64,000 nt of DNA from Rhodospirillaceae bacterium. GTDB taxonomy: Bacteria; Pseudomonadota; Alphaproteobacteria; UBA6615. The notes below the pieces were generated by a model. That model was not told the DNA's origin. It was given only the letters and a program-made list of their open reading frames with translations, and did not search any database. Below, in pieces: positions 8,899-18,198 of the stretch (its first letter is position 1; each line of letters begins with the position of its first letter). The position numbers were made by a program, and so were the translations under genes. The stretch lies in NCBI GenBank assembly GCA_018702955.1, contig JABJEK010000058.1, forward strand, positions 47,150 to 111,149. The letters run 5' to 3'.

Positions 8899-10542
8899 AT
8901 GACCGACAATTCCGCCCCCCGGAAAGACGACGCCGAGGCCGCGCGTCGCGAGCCACCAACCAAACCCTCCACCGCAACTCCCTCGGGCATCGAGGTGCCG
9001 CCGGTGGTGACGCCGGATATGGTGGCAGACCGCGAACCGGAGATGCCGGGCGAATATCCGTTCACCCGCGGCATCTTCCCCGATGGTTTTCGCGGCCGAT
9101 TGTGGACCATTCGCCAGTATTCGGGTTTCGGCACGGCCGAGGAATCGAATGAGCGCTACAGGTTTCTGCTCGATCAGGGACAAACCGGCCTGTCGGTCGC
9201 GCTCGACTTGCCCACCCAGTGCGGCTACGACCCGGTCGATCCGATTGCGAAATCCGAAGTCGGCAAGGTCGGTGTCTCCCTGTCGAGCCTGGCCGAGGCC
9301 GAAATATTGTTCGACGGCATCGATCTGGGCGGAATCTCCACCTCCTTCACGATCAACGGCACCGCGTCGATCATCTACGCCATGTATTGCGCCGTCGCCG
9401 ACAAAAAGGGCGTACCGCGCGAGAAGCTGACCGGCACGATCCAGAACGACATCCTCAAGGAGTATGTCGCGCGCGGCACCTGGATTTTCCCGGTGCGCCC
9501 ATCGATGCGCCTGATCGCCGATACGATCCTGTTCTCCTATGACCAGACACCCCGATTCAACGCGATCAGCATCGCCGGCGCCCATGTGCGCGACGCGGGC
9601 TGCACGGCGGTCGAGGAGATGGGCTACACGCTAGCCAACGGGCTCGCCTATATCGACGAACTGATCCGCCGGGGCGGCGATGTGGAGAAATTCGCACGCC
9701 GGCTCAGTTTCTTCTTCTATGTGCACATGGATTTCTTCGAGGAAGTCTGCAAATTCCGCGCGGGTCGGCGGCTCTGGGCAAAACTCCTCACCGAACGCTA
9801 CGGCGTGAAGGATCCCAAGGCCCTTATGTTTCGTTTCGGCGTTGTCTGCGGCGGCTCGTCCCTGGTCGGCGCCCAGCCTTACAACAACGTCGTCCGCGTC
9901 GGCATCGAGAACATGGCGGCCGTGATGGGCGGCGCCCAATCCATCTTCACCGCCGCATTCGACGAGGCCTACCAGATTCCGACCGAGCATTCTGCGGAGA
10001 TCGCCGTCCGCACCCAGCAAATCGTCGCCCATGAATCCGGCATCGCACGAACCGTCGACCCATTGGGTGGCAGCCACTATGTCGAGTGGCTGACCGACCG
10101 GATGGAGGACGAAGTCATGAAGGTAATCGACGAGATCGAGGCATATGGTGGCGTGACCAAGGCGGTGGAAGACGGCTGGCTGCAGATGAAAATCGCCCAG
10201 CGCGCATCCGAGCGAAAACATAAGATCGACAGCGGTGAAACAGTCGTTGTCGGCCAGAACCACTTCCGTCGCGACGACCAGAATGACGGTGTCGCCGAAT
10301 TATTCAAACTCGACCCGCAAGCATCAGCCCGCGTCATCGGCAAGTTCGAAAAAGTCCGTGACAGCCGTGACAACGACGCGGTCACGGCATCCCTGTCTGC
10401 CCTGGAGGCAGCTGCCGCCAAGGACGATGAGAACCTCATGCCCTATCTGATCGATTGCTGTCATGCCTATGCAACTGTCGGTGAGATGGTGGCGACACTG
10501 AAGTCGCAATGGGGCGAATTCGAAGAACCAGTGAGGCTTTAG
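8899..10542 (+). CDS. B12-dependent acyl-CoA mutase, large (substrate-binding) subunit
   Basis: PGEYPFTRG, WTIRQYSGFG, GTIQNDILKEY, QPYNNVVRV and DPLGGSHYVE motifs; no B12 domain fused. Confidence 0.95.
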   Translation: MTDNSAPRKDDAEAARREPPTKPSTATPSGIEVPPVVTPDMVADREPEMPGEYPFTRGIFPDGFRGRLWTIRQYSGFGTAEESNERYRFLLDQGQTGLSVALDLPTQCGYDPVDPIAKSEVGKVGVSLSSLAEAEILFDGIDLGGISTSFTINGTASIIYAMYCAVADKKGVPREKLTGTIQNDILKEYVARGTWIFPVRPSMRLIADTILFSYDQTPRFNAISIAGAHVRDAGCTAVEEMGYTLANGLAYIDELIRRGGDVEKFARRLSFFFYVHMDFFEEVCKFRAGRRLWAKLLTERYGVKDPKALMFRFGVVCGGSSLVGAQPYNNVVRVGIENMAAVMGGAQSIFTAAFDEAYQIPTEHSAEIAVRTQQIVAHESGIARTVDPLGGSHYVEWLTDRMEDEVMKVIDEIEAYGGVTKAVEDGWLQMKIAQRASERKHKIDSGETVVVGQNHFRRDDQNDGVAELFKLDPQASARVIGKFEKVRDSRDNDAVTASLSALEAAAAKDDENLMPYLIDCCHAYATVGEMVATLKSQWGEFEEPVRL

Positions 10543-10551
10543 GATCGCACC

Positions 10552-10950
10552 ATGAGCCTGAACGGAAAACGTATCCTGATCGCGAAACCGGGCCTCGACG
10601 GGCACGATGTCGGCGCAAAAATCATCGCCCTGGCGCTGCGCGACGCAGGCGCCGACGTGATCTATACCGGCCTCCGGCGCACGCCCGACTATATCGCGCG
10701 GGTCGCGGTCGACGAGGATGTCGACGCGGTCGGACTGTCGATCCTGTCGGGCAGCCACAAGGAGCTGGTCGAGGAGACGGTGCGTTGTCTCAACGAGTTG
10801 GATGCTGGTGATATCCGCCTGTTCGTCGGCGGCACCATTCCGGCGGAGGACCATGACGAACTGCGCGATGCGGGCGCCCGCGGCATTTTCACGGCAGAAA
10901 TGACGATCAATGATGTGGTGGCCGCGCTCGACGCGGAACTGAGCGCGTGA
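10552..10950 (+). CDS. Acyl-CoA mutase small subunit (cobalamin-binding domain)
   Basis: KPGLDGHDVGAKII (DxHxxG), VGLSILSGSH and FVGGTIP motifs. Confidence 0.95.
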   Translation: MSLNGKRILIAKPGLDGHDVGAKIIALALRDAGADVIYTGLRRTPDYIARVAVDEDVDAVGLSILSGSHKELVEETVRCLNELDAGDIRLFVGGTIPAEDHDELRDAGARGIFTAEMTINDVVAALDAELSA

Positions 10951-12089
10951 GTGGAGGCCCCCTTTCCGGCGTTCGGATCATTGAGGTCGCGCATGTTCTC
11001 GCCGGCCCGTTCTGCAGCATGATTCTGGGCGACCTGGGCGCCGACGTGATCAAGGTCGAGCCCCCGGGCGGCGACATGGCCCGCAACATCACCAAGCAGT
11101 TCACGGGGCCCTACAACGACTATTTCGCGAGCCTCAACCGCAACAAGCGCTCCATCGTCCTCGACCTGAATACGCCGGCCGGTCAGGCCCAACTCGGCGC
11201 GCTCGCGGCCGATGCCCAAGGCCTGGTTACCAACCTGCGACCCGCCACCATTCGGCGTTTCGGCCTGACCTATGACGACCTGAAGCCCCACAATCCAAAT
11301 CTGGTTTGCCTGGCGTTGACGGGGTTTGGGCTCGACGGACCCTATGCCGACAAGCCTGCTTACGACTACATCGTCCAGGCGCTCGCCGGTGTCATGACCC
11401 TGACCGGTGACCCGGGCACCGCGCCGACCAAGGCCGGTTACTCCGCCGTCGACAATTCAACCGGCATGATGGGTGCCATCGGCCTGCTGGCGAAGATCAT
11501 CGAGGGCAAGGGTGGCCAGGTCGATGTCTCCCTGTTCGACACCATGCTGGCCCAGCTCAACTATCTGGCCTCGGGCTACCTCAACCACGGCATCGTCCCG
11601 CAACGAACATCGCAAAGTGCGCACCCGTACATGGTCCCGGCCCAGGTCTTCGAGACCAGCGACGGATACCTGATGTTGTTCATCTCGACCGACAAGTTCT
11701 GGAAGAAATTCTGCGAGGTCGTCGGCTGGACCGAACAGGCACGTGACCCGAACCTCGCAACCATGAATGCGCGGACGGAAAACCGCGACGCCGTGATCGG
11801 CGCCGTCGGCGAACTCATGAAGTCACAAACCACCGCATACTGGGTCGAGACACTCGGCAACGAGGGCCTCGTGGTCTCGGGCGTCGAAACCCTCGACCAG
11901 GCACTCGATGGGGACATGGCCGCATCGCGTGAGATGATAGCGGTAATTCCCACACCCGACGGTGCGCTCCGCGTGGTCGGTAATCCGATCAAGATGACCG
12001 ATCATCCGCCCCGGTATGGCCTGCCGCCGCTGCTGGGCGAACATACTGACGAAATCCTGGGCACCTCGCCCGCCGCCGCAGCCAAATGA
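10947..12089 (+). CDS. Family III CoA-transferase (CaiB/BaiF)
   Basis: LAGPFCSMILGDLGADVIKVEPPGGD, NRNKRSI and YSAVDNSTG (catalytic Asp position) motifs. Confidence 0.93.
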   Translation: MSGGPLSGVRIIEVAHVLAGPFCSMILGDLGADVIKVEPPGGDMARNITKQFTGPYNDYFASLNRNKRSIVLDLNTPAGQAQLGALAADAQGLVTNLRPATIRRFGLTYDDLKPHNPNLVCLALTGFGLDGPYADKPAYDYIVQALAGVMTLTGDPGTAPTKAGYSAVDNSTGMMGAIGLLAKIIEGKGGQVDVSLFDTMLAQLNYLASGYLNHGIVPQRTSQSAHPYMVPAQVFETSDGYLMLFISTDKFWKKFCEVVGWTEQARDPNLATMNARTENRDAVIGAVGELMKSQTTAYWVETLGNEGLVVSGVETLDQALDGDMAASREMIAVIPTPDGALRVVGNPIKMTDHPPRYGLPPLLGEHTDEILGTSPAAAAK

Positions 12090-12985
12090 GCGGCACGTCA
12101 CGCAATCCGCGGCGAAACCTCAGCCGCGCGCTGTCGCGCATCGCCAACGCCGATGTCTACGAGACCCTGGCACAGCAGAGCGGACCATCCGCAGAAAACC
12201 TGCCGCGGATCGGCATCACGGGCGCACCGGGCGCGGGCAAAAGCTCCCTCATCGCCAGGCTCGCCAAGCTCCGCAAACGCAACGACCGAAAGATCGCGGT
12301 GCTGGCGGTCGACCCGTCGAGCCCGGTCTCCCAGGGTTCCATCCTCGGCGACCGGATTCGCATGGACGCCATCGCCGACGACCCGGACATCTTCATCCGC
12401 TCGATCCCCTCGCGCCGCGCCCATGACGGCCTGGCGGACAACACCGCCGATCTGCTCAACGCCATGGAAGGGCACGGGTTCGGCGAAATCATTCTTGAGA
12501 CAGTGGGCGTCGGACAGGCCGAGTACACCATCCGCACATTGGTCGACACGGTGGTGCTCATCCTGGTGCCCCATTCCGGCGATGCCATCCAGGCGATGAA
12601 GGCCGGCATTCTCGAAATGGCCGATATCTATGTTGTAAACAAGGCCGACCTGCCCGGCGCCGACCTGATGGCCACCGAAATCGAGCAAGTGGCCGACCAT
12701 CAAAGCGCCGACGGCTGGACCCCACCCGTCATCATGACGTCCCGCAACGATCCCGAGGGCTTTGCCGCGCTCGATGACGCCATCAATGCCCATATGGCCT
12801 GGCAGGTGAACCACGGCGATCCGGCCGCAGCGCGGCGCGCCCGCGCGCGCTACCAGGCCCAGGCGCTCATTTCCCGGCGCATCGACGAAGTGCTCGAGGC
12901 GGCCGGCGAAGATATCCTCGACCAGAATCCCGGCGAGCTGTTCGACGCGATCGTCGCCCGGCTCGGCCGCACAAACGAGGCATGA
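12086..12985 (+). CDS. meaB: MeaB/ArgK mutase-associated GTPase
   Basis: GITGAPGAGKSS, AVDPSSP, LGDRIRM, ETVGVGQ and VNKAD motifs; adjacent to the mutase genes. Confidence 0.92.
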   Translation: MSGTSRNPRRNLSRALSRIANADVYETLAQQSGPSAENLPRIGITGAPGAGKSSLIARLAKLRKRNDRKIAVLAVDPSSPVSQGSILGDRIRMDAIADDPDIFIRSIPSRRAHDGLADNTADLLNAMEGHGFGEIILETVGVGQAEYTIRTLVDTVVLILVPHSGDAIQAMKAGILEMADIYVVNKADLPGADLMATEIEQVADHQSADGWTPPVIMTSRNDPEGFAALDDAINAHMAWQVNHGDPAAARRARARYQAQALISRRIDEVLEAAGEDILDQNPGELFDAIVARLGRTNEA

Positions 12986-13905
12986 CACAAATGTTCGCAC
13001 CACCCCCTGTCATCGAAACCCGGGTCTTCGCCGATGTGAATGCGACCCACGGCATCAATGACCGGGAGTCCGAATGGGCGAAGCTCCTGTTCGGCCGCCC
13101 CAACACGCCGAGTTTCCTCGAGGGACCCTCGTTTGATCGCGCCGGCAATCTCTGGCTCGTCGATGTCGCCTGGGGCCGTCTGTTCCGTATATCGCCGGCC
13201 GGCGATATCGAGCTTGCCTGTACCTATGACGGCGAGCCCAATGGCTTGGCCTTCCACAAGGACGGACACGGCATCATCGCCGACCATTATCACGGGCTGA
13301 TGCGCCTCGATCCCGAGGCCGGCACGGTGGAACCTCACATGGTGCGCAACACCAATGAGCGGTTTCGCGGCACCAACGACCTGACCTTCGCCTCGAACGG
13401 CGACCTCTACTTCACCGACCAGGGCACGTCCGACCTGATTGATCGGTCGGGCCGGGTGTTTTGCCTGCATGCGGATGGCACCCTCGAACTCGTCTGCGCG
13501 GACCTGCCGAGCCCGAACGGGCTGGTCCTGAGTGGCGACGAGAAAATTCTGTATGTGGGCCTGACCCGCGACAACGCGGTCTGGCGCATGCGCCTGGCCG
13601 AACGCGGCCGCGCGGATCAGGTGGGGCGTTTCGCGCGCATGTCGGGCGGCACCGGCCCGGACGGCATGGCCGCGGACGCCGACGACAACCTTCTCGTCTG
13701 CCATGTCGGGTTCGGCGCGATCTGGGTGTTCGCAGCCAACGGAGAGCCGATCTACCGGATCAACTCCTGCGCCGGGCCGTTGATGACCAACTGTGCATTC
13801 GGGGGGCCCGACGGCAAGACCCTCTACATCACGGAATCGGCTACCGGTCAGGTGCTCACGGCCGAGATGCCGACGGCGGGCCGCATTCTATTTTCACACA
13901 TGTAG
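12982..13905 (+). CDS. SMP-30/gluconolactonase family beta-propeller
   Basis: FLEGPSFD, PNGLAF, TNDLTF.LYFTD, PNGLVLS and PDGMAAD motifs. Confidence 0.9.
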   Translation: MTQMFAPPPVIETRVFADVNATHGINDRESEWAKLLFGRPNTPSFLEGPSFDRAGNLWLVDVAWGRLFRISPAGDIELACTYDGEPNGLAFHKDGHGIIADHYHGLMRLDPEAGTVEPHMVRNTNERFRGTNDLTFASNGDLYFTDQGTSDLIDRSGRVFCLHADGTLELVCADLPSPNGLVLSGDEKILYVGLTRDNAVWRMRLAERGRADQVGRFARMSGGTGPDGMAADADDNLLVCHVGFGAIWVFAANGEPIYRINSCAGPLMTNCAFGGPDGKTLYITESATGQVLTAEMPTAGRILFSHM

Positions 13906-13907
13906 AC

Positions 13908-13979
13908 GGGCGGGTTACAAACCCGCCCCTACTGACCACACGCGCGGACCGGATGTAGGGGCAGGTTTCAAACCTGCCC
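13908..13979. repeat. Inverted doublet of GTAG-type REP-like elements
   Basis: GGGCGGGTTACAAACCCGCCCCTAC (13908-13932, reverse) and GTAGGGGCAGGTTTCAAACCTGCCC (13955-13979). Confidence 0.8.
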
Positions 13980-13983
13980 GCGC

Positions 13984-14868
13984 CTACTCCGCCGCCTTCG
14001 TGATTTCACCCTCGAGGATCTCGTAGACCACCGCACACTCATCCTCGAGGCGTCCGGCCTTTTCGATCTTCTTGTAATAGTCGTTGCAGATCCGCAGCAG
14101 CGGCGCCGACAGGCCCAGCGCGTCGGCCTGCTCCTCGACGATATCGAGGTCCTTCCACAACAGCTTGCTCGGGCCCGCGCAGGGCTGCCAGGCCCGGTCC
14201 TTGATGATGCCCGCGCGCATGCCGAAAACGGTCGACCCGGCGGCACTCGGACCCACGATATCGATCATCAACTCGGGGTCGAGGCCCATCTCCGCACCGA
14301 ACAACATGCCTTCTGCCAGGGCCACCGTGTTCGCCCCGACCATAAAGTTGATCATCAGCTTGAGCTTGATGCCGGTGCCGTATTCGCCGACATAGAACGT
14401 CTTCGGGCAGACCTTCTCAAGCATCGGCTTCACGGATTCACAAAGCGTCTCGTCGCCGCTCATCATGATGACGCCCTTGCCCGCCCGAATGATCGGCTGG
14501 GTGCCGCTCAGGGGGCAATCGATGATCTGTGCGGGTGTATCGCCGACCTGGTCGCGGACACGCTCCTTCTCGCCCACCGGGAAGGTGTTCATCTCGATGA
14601 TCGTCAGGCCTTCATGGGCACCGGCCAGCAGGCCGTCAGGACCCTCCAGCGCCGTGCGGGACGCCTGGGTGCTCGGCAGCGCCGAAATCACCACATCGGC
14701 CCATTCAGCAAGCTCACGCGCCGTCTCGAATAATTTGCCGCCGGTGTCCGGGAAGCTCTCGGTGCTCGGGCGACGAACCGCAGCGCATTCGTAACCCTCC
14801 GGCATCAGGATCTCGGCCGTAATACCGCCAATCAGCCCAAGACCCAGAATTCCTACCTTTTCAACCAT
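13984..14868 (-). CDS. NAD(P)-dependent beta-hydroxyacid dehydrogenase (3-hydroxyisobutyrate dehydrogenase family)
   Basis: GILGLGLIGG Rossmann motif, DCPLSG, and KLKLMIN with the catalytic Lys. Confidence 0.85.
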   Translation of the reverse strand: MVEKVGILGLGLIGGITAEILMPEGYECAAVRRPSTESFPDTGGKLFETARELAEWADVVISALPSTQASRTALEGPDGLLAGAHEGLTIIEMNTFPVGEKERVRDQVGDTPAQIIDCPLSGTQPIIRAGKGVIMMSGDETLCESVKPMLEKVCPKTFYVGEYGTGIKLKLMINFMVGANTVALAEGMLFGAEMGLDPELMIDIVGPSAAGSTVFGMRAGIIKDRAWQPCAGPSKLLWKDLDIVEEQADALGLSAPLLRICNDYYKKIEKAGRLEDECAVVYEILEGEITKAAE

Positions 14869-14907
14869 GATGTCCTCCCTCTAGAAGCAATCTCATATGT
14901 CCCGACC

Positions 14908-15498
14908 TCAGGGGCCGGCGCCCAATACCGCCTCGCGGAACCGGGAGCGCAAGTAGGCCCCGTCCCGCGCCGGTAGGACGCGCGGATGCTCACCCGCCTC
15001 GATCTTGATGTTGGCAAACAACGTCCCCTCGCAGCGCTGCATGCGTGTCGCGAGCGTGCCCAGCGCGTTCATGTCCCGGATATCCTCGAGCGCCTCGATC
15101 CCGCAACCCCGTGCCACATCCACCAGGCTGACCCCGCGCGCCGTCGCCGTCGGCTGGGCTCCGGTTTCGCCATAGACCTCGTTGTCGAGCACGATCACCG
15201 ACAGGTTGGCGGGTTGAGCGGCGGCGATCGTCGCCAGGCTGCCGAGACCCATCAGCATGTCCCCATCACCGGTGATGGCGGCGACCGGCCGGTCCGGTTG
15301 TGCCTGCGCCAGCCCGAGCGCCAGGGCGGCGGTGCCTCCCATGGCACCCCAGAGATAGAAATTACGCGGATCGTCGCCCGCGGCCGCGCAGTCATAGGTC
15401 GCCGAGCCGAGCCCGGAGACCACAAGCAGCTCGCCGCGATCCTGCAGCAGTCGCGCGACGGCCTCGCGGCGGTCCAGGCGCGGTTGGGGTCCGGTCAT
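14908..15498 (-). CDS. ThDP-dependent decarboxylase beta subunit (sulfopyruvate/phosphonopyruvate decarboxylase-like)
   Basis: GAMG and GDGDMLMGLGSL...LDNEVYGETG ThDP-binding motif. Confidence 0.85.
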   Translation of the reverse strand: MTGPQPRLDRREAVARLLQDRGELLVVSGLGSATYDCAAAGDDPRNFYLWGAMGGTAALALGLAQAQPDRPVAAITGDGDMLMGLGSLATIAAAQPANLSVIVLDNEVYGETGAQPTATARGVSLVDVARGCGIEALEDIRDMNALGTLATRMQRCEGTLFANIKIEAGEHPRVLPARDGAYLRSRFREAVLGAGP

Positions 15499-15499
15499 G

Positions 15500-16051
15500 T
15501 CAGCCCTCCTCCGTGAAGGCCTTGCGGCCGATCAGACGCTGGGAAAGCAGCACCGCCGAGGCGAGCATCCCGTCAAAGGATTGCCGGATCGCGGCATCGA
15601 GTGTCGGCGCGGCGTCATCGGGGTCGTCGACCCGATGCGCCTGCACGCCCATCCGCGTGAGTATGTCGGGTGTCGCCTGCCCCATCTGGGCCTGCCACGG
15701 GTTGAACTCGCCCCATTCGCCGCGCATCGTGATGAGCGTCACCAGCGGCAGCCGACAATTCTCGATCAGGGTGAACATGTTCACGCAATTGCCCACGCCG
15801 CTCGATTGCATCAGCAGGATCCCGCGATCACCGCCTAGCCAGGCACCAGCCAGCAACGCCACACCGTCCTCTTCCGTGGTCAGGACCGTCGCGGTCATGT
15901 CCGGGTTGTCTTCGCACCGCTCGATCAGCCGCGCATGCCCCGCATCCGGCACATAGGCGACCTGGCGAATATTCTGCTGCACCAGCACGTCGTAGAGCGC
16001 GTCGGCCCAATCCGGCGTCGCGGCATCGGGCCTTATAACCGTGTCGCTCAT
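15500..16051 (-). CDS. ThDP-dependent decarboxylase alpha subunit (ComD-like)
   Basis: AYVPDA, TTEEDGVAL, MQSSGVGN and RGEWGEFNPWQ motifs; paired with the beta subunit. Confidence 0.85.
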   Translation of the reverse strand: MSDTVIRPDAATPDWADALYDVLVQQNIRQVAYVPDAGHARLIERCEDNPDMTATVLTTEEDGVALLAGAWLGGDRGILLMQSSGVGNCVNMFTLIENCRLPLVTLITMRGEWGEFNPWQAQMGQATPDILTRMGVQAHRVDDPDDAAPTLDAAIRQSFDGMLASAVLLSQRLIGRKAFTEEG

Positions 16052-16803
16052 ATGCTCCCCCCGAGAGCCTCAAGCCGGTCCTTCGCGGCCAGCAGCTGTG
16101 CTGCAAGCTTGGTCTCGCCGGCCTCCATTCGCACGAGGGGGCCCGCAATCGCGATCCCCATGATCTCGCCATACACGTCCGCCGTGGTCGCCAGCCCCAT
16201 CACATCGACGACATTCTCGCCACGGGTCACAAAATATCCCTTGGCGATGCCGTCGGCGAGATCGGCCACCAGGCTCGCGCGCTCGGTGATCGTATTCGGG
16301 GTCTGCAGGTCGAGCGACAGGCGCGCCACCAGGGCCGCGCGCTCCCCGTCATTCAGGCGACCGAGAAACGCCTTTCCGATCGCGCTCGAATGCATGGGTT
16401 TGATGTCCCCCGCGCCGGCAGAATAACGCAACGTCTGACCTCCCTCGATCACATCGAGATAGAGGATCGTCTCGCCCTGGCGGCGGCCCAGCAGGATTGT
16501 CTCGTTGGTCTCGTCACGCAGCACCTCCAGCACCGGGACAATGCTTTCGAGAACCGGATCATGGGCGGCAATGGTGTTGGCGATTTCCAGCAGGCGTTTG
16601 GTCGGATAGATCGCCCGGTTTCGTTCGGAGGTGTAGAGATATCCCTTGGCGCTGAGCGTCCGGACCAGCCCGTGGCAGCTGCTGATCGGCGCCGACAGGG
16701 CCTCGGCAATCTGGGTCAGGGTCATGGGACCCTTGCGACGCGAGAACGCCTCAAACAGGTTTACGGTACGTACCGCTGTCTTCACACCATCATTCATATT
16801 CAT
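16048..16803 (-). CDS. IclR family transcriptional regulator
   Basis: N-terminal HTH (VKTAVRTVNLFE...SSCHGLVRTL); HSSAIGKA and IAIAGP effector-domain motifs. Confidence 0.9.
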   Translation of the reverse strand: MNMNDGVKTAVRTVNLFEAFSRRKGPMTLTQIAEALSAPISSCHGLVRTLSAKGYLYTSERNRAIYPTKRLLEIANTIAAHDPVLESIVPVLEVLRDETNETILLGRRQGETILYLDVIEGGQTLRYSAGAGDIKPMHSSAIGKAFLGRLNDGERAALVARLSLDLQTPNTITERASLVADLADGIAKGYFVTRGENVVDVMGLATTADVYGEIMGIAIAGPLVRMEAGETKLAAQLLAAKDRLEALGGSI

Positions 16804-16919
16804 GAAATTGAGTTTGACCGTGTGAAACACAGGGGTCAAGCGCCGCCCACTCTGCTTTTCCGAAGTCCGGCAATGGCGTAAAATCGAAGCAACCGAACAA
16901 CAAATCGCGGTGCGCCTGC

Positions 16920-18125
16920 ATGTCCCCCAACTCCATTGACCGGATCATCGTCGCCGGCGGCGGCCCGACCGGGTTGATCGCCGCGCTGTCGCTCGCCAAC
17001 CAGGATATCCCCGTCCTTCTGCTGGAACAGCAGGACGCGCCGCAGGATCATCGCCGCGCGACGACCTTCCACCCGCCGACCCTCGAATATCTCGACGCGC
17101 TCGGCATGGTCGATGCGGTACTCGATGACGGGCGGATAACGCCGGTCTGGCAGTTCCGCGACCGGCACACGGGCGTCGTCGCCGAGTTCGACCTGTCGGC
17201 GCTCAAGGACGAGACGAAGTATCCCTATCGCGTACAGTGCGAGCAGATGGAACTGAACCGGGCGCTCTACGCGAAGCTCGACAACCATCCCAACGTCGAA
17301 ATTCGTTTCTCCCATGAGGTACTGGGTGCAGAGCAGGATGGCGACAGCGTGACCGTGCGCGCGAAAACACCCAACGGCGAAGAGAGTTTCGCCGGCCGGT
17401 ATGTGTTCGGTGCCGACGGGTCCCGATCCAGCATCCGAAAATCCCTCGGCGTCGGCTTCGACGGCTTCACCTATGACGAGAAGGTGGTGCAATACGGCAC
17501 GACGTTCGACGTCAGCGAGGCGATGCCGGATATCGCCGGGGTGGCCTACATCTCCGATCCCGACGAATGGTGCGTGATCCTGCACCTGCCGGAATACTGG
17601 CGGGTGACGTTTTCGTCGCGCGACGGCGAGGCCGATGACGTGGCGGTGCGCGACGATGTGGCCGAGGCCCGGATGGCGGCCTTCTTCGGCAAATCCGGCG
17701 CCGTGGTCGAGCTGCATCGGAACATCTGGGCCATTCACCAGCGGGTCGCCGAGGATTTCCGCAAGGGACGCATCATCATCGGTGGCGATGCTTCCCACAT
17801 CAATTCGCCCATGGGCGGCATGGGCATGAACTCCGGCGTCCACGACGCGGTGAGCTTCGCCGACAAGATGGGGCAGATCTGGCGCGGCGAGGCCGACGAG
17901 AGCCTGCTCGACCGCTACACCCGCCAGCGCCGCCATGTGGCGCTGGAGGATGTGCGCCAGCAGACCATCCGCAACACCAAATTTATCGCCGAGAAGGACC
18001 CCGGCGAGCGCAAGAACGCCCATGACGCCATGCGCGCGATCGCCGAAGATCCGCAGAAAAGTTATGGTTTCATGATGGGGTCATCGATGATCGCGGGTCT
18101 TCGCGCGGCGAACGCACTCGATTAG
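16920..18125 (+). CDS. FAD-dependent monooxygenase (MhpA/UbiH-like group A)
   Basis: GGGPTG, GADGSRS and GDASHINSPMGGMGMNSG motifs. Confidence 0.9.
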   Translation: MSPNSIDRIIVAGGGPTGLIAALSLANQDIPVLLLEQQDAPQDHRRATTFHPPTLEYLDALGMVDAVLDDGRITPVWQFRDRHTGVVAEFDLSALKDETKYPYRVQCEQMELNRALYAKLDNHPNVEIRFSHEVLGAEQDGDSVTVRAKTPNGEESFAGRYVFGADGSRSSIRKSLGVGFDGFTYDEKVVQYGTTFDVSEAMPDIAGVAYISDPDEWCVILHLPEYWRVTFSSRDGEADDVAVRDDVAEARMAAFFGKSGAVVELHRNIWAIHQRVAEDFRKGRIIIGGDASHINSPMGGMGMNSGVHDAVSFADKMGQIWRGEADESLLDRYTRQRRHVALEDVRQQTIRNTKFIAEKDPGERKNAHDAMRAIAEDPQKSYGFMMGSSMIAGLRAANALD

Positions 18126-18150
18126 TATGTCGCCGTACCGGCGGCACGAC

Positions 18151-18164
18151 TTGATCAAGGTCAG
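18151..18164. promoter_or_regulatory. Putative FNR-type box upstream of the FNT gene
   Basis: TTGAT-N4-GTCAG centred 41.5 bp upstream of ATG 18199; TAGGAT at 18187-18192. Confidence 0.4.
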
Positions 18165-18198
18165 ATGACGTCCCACGCCGCCGCGCTAGGATTATGTC

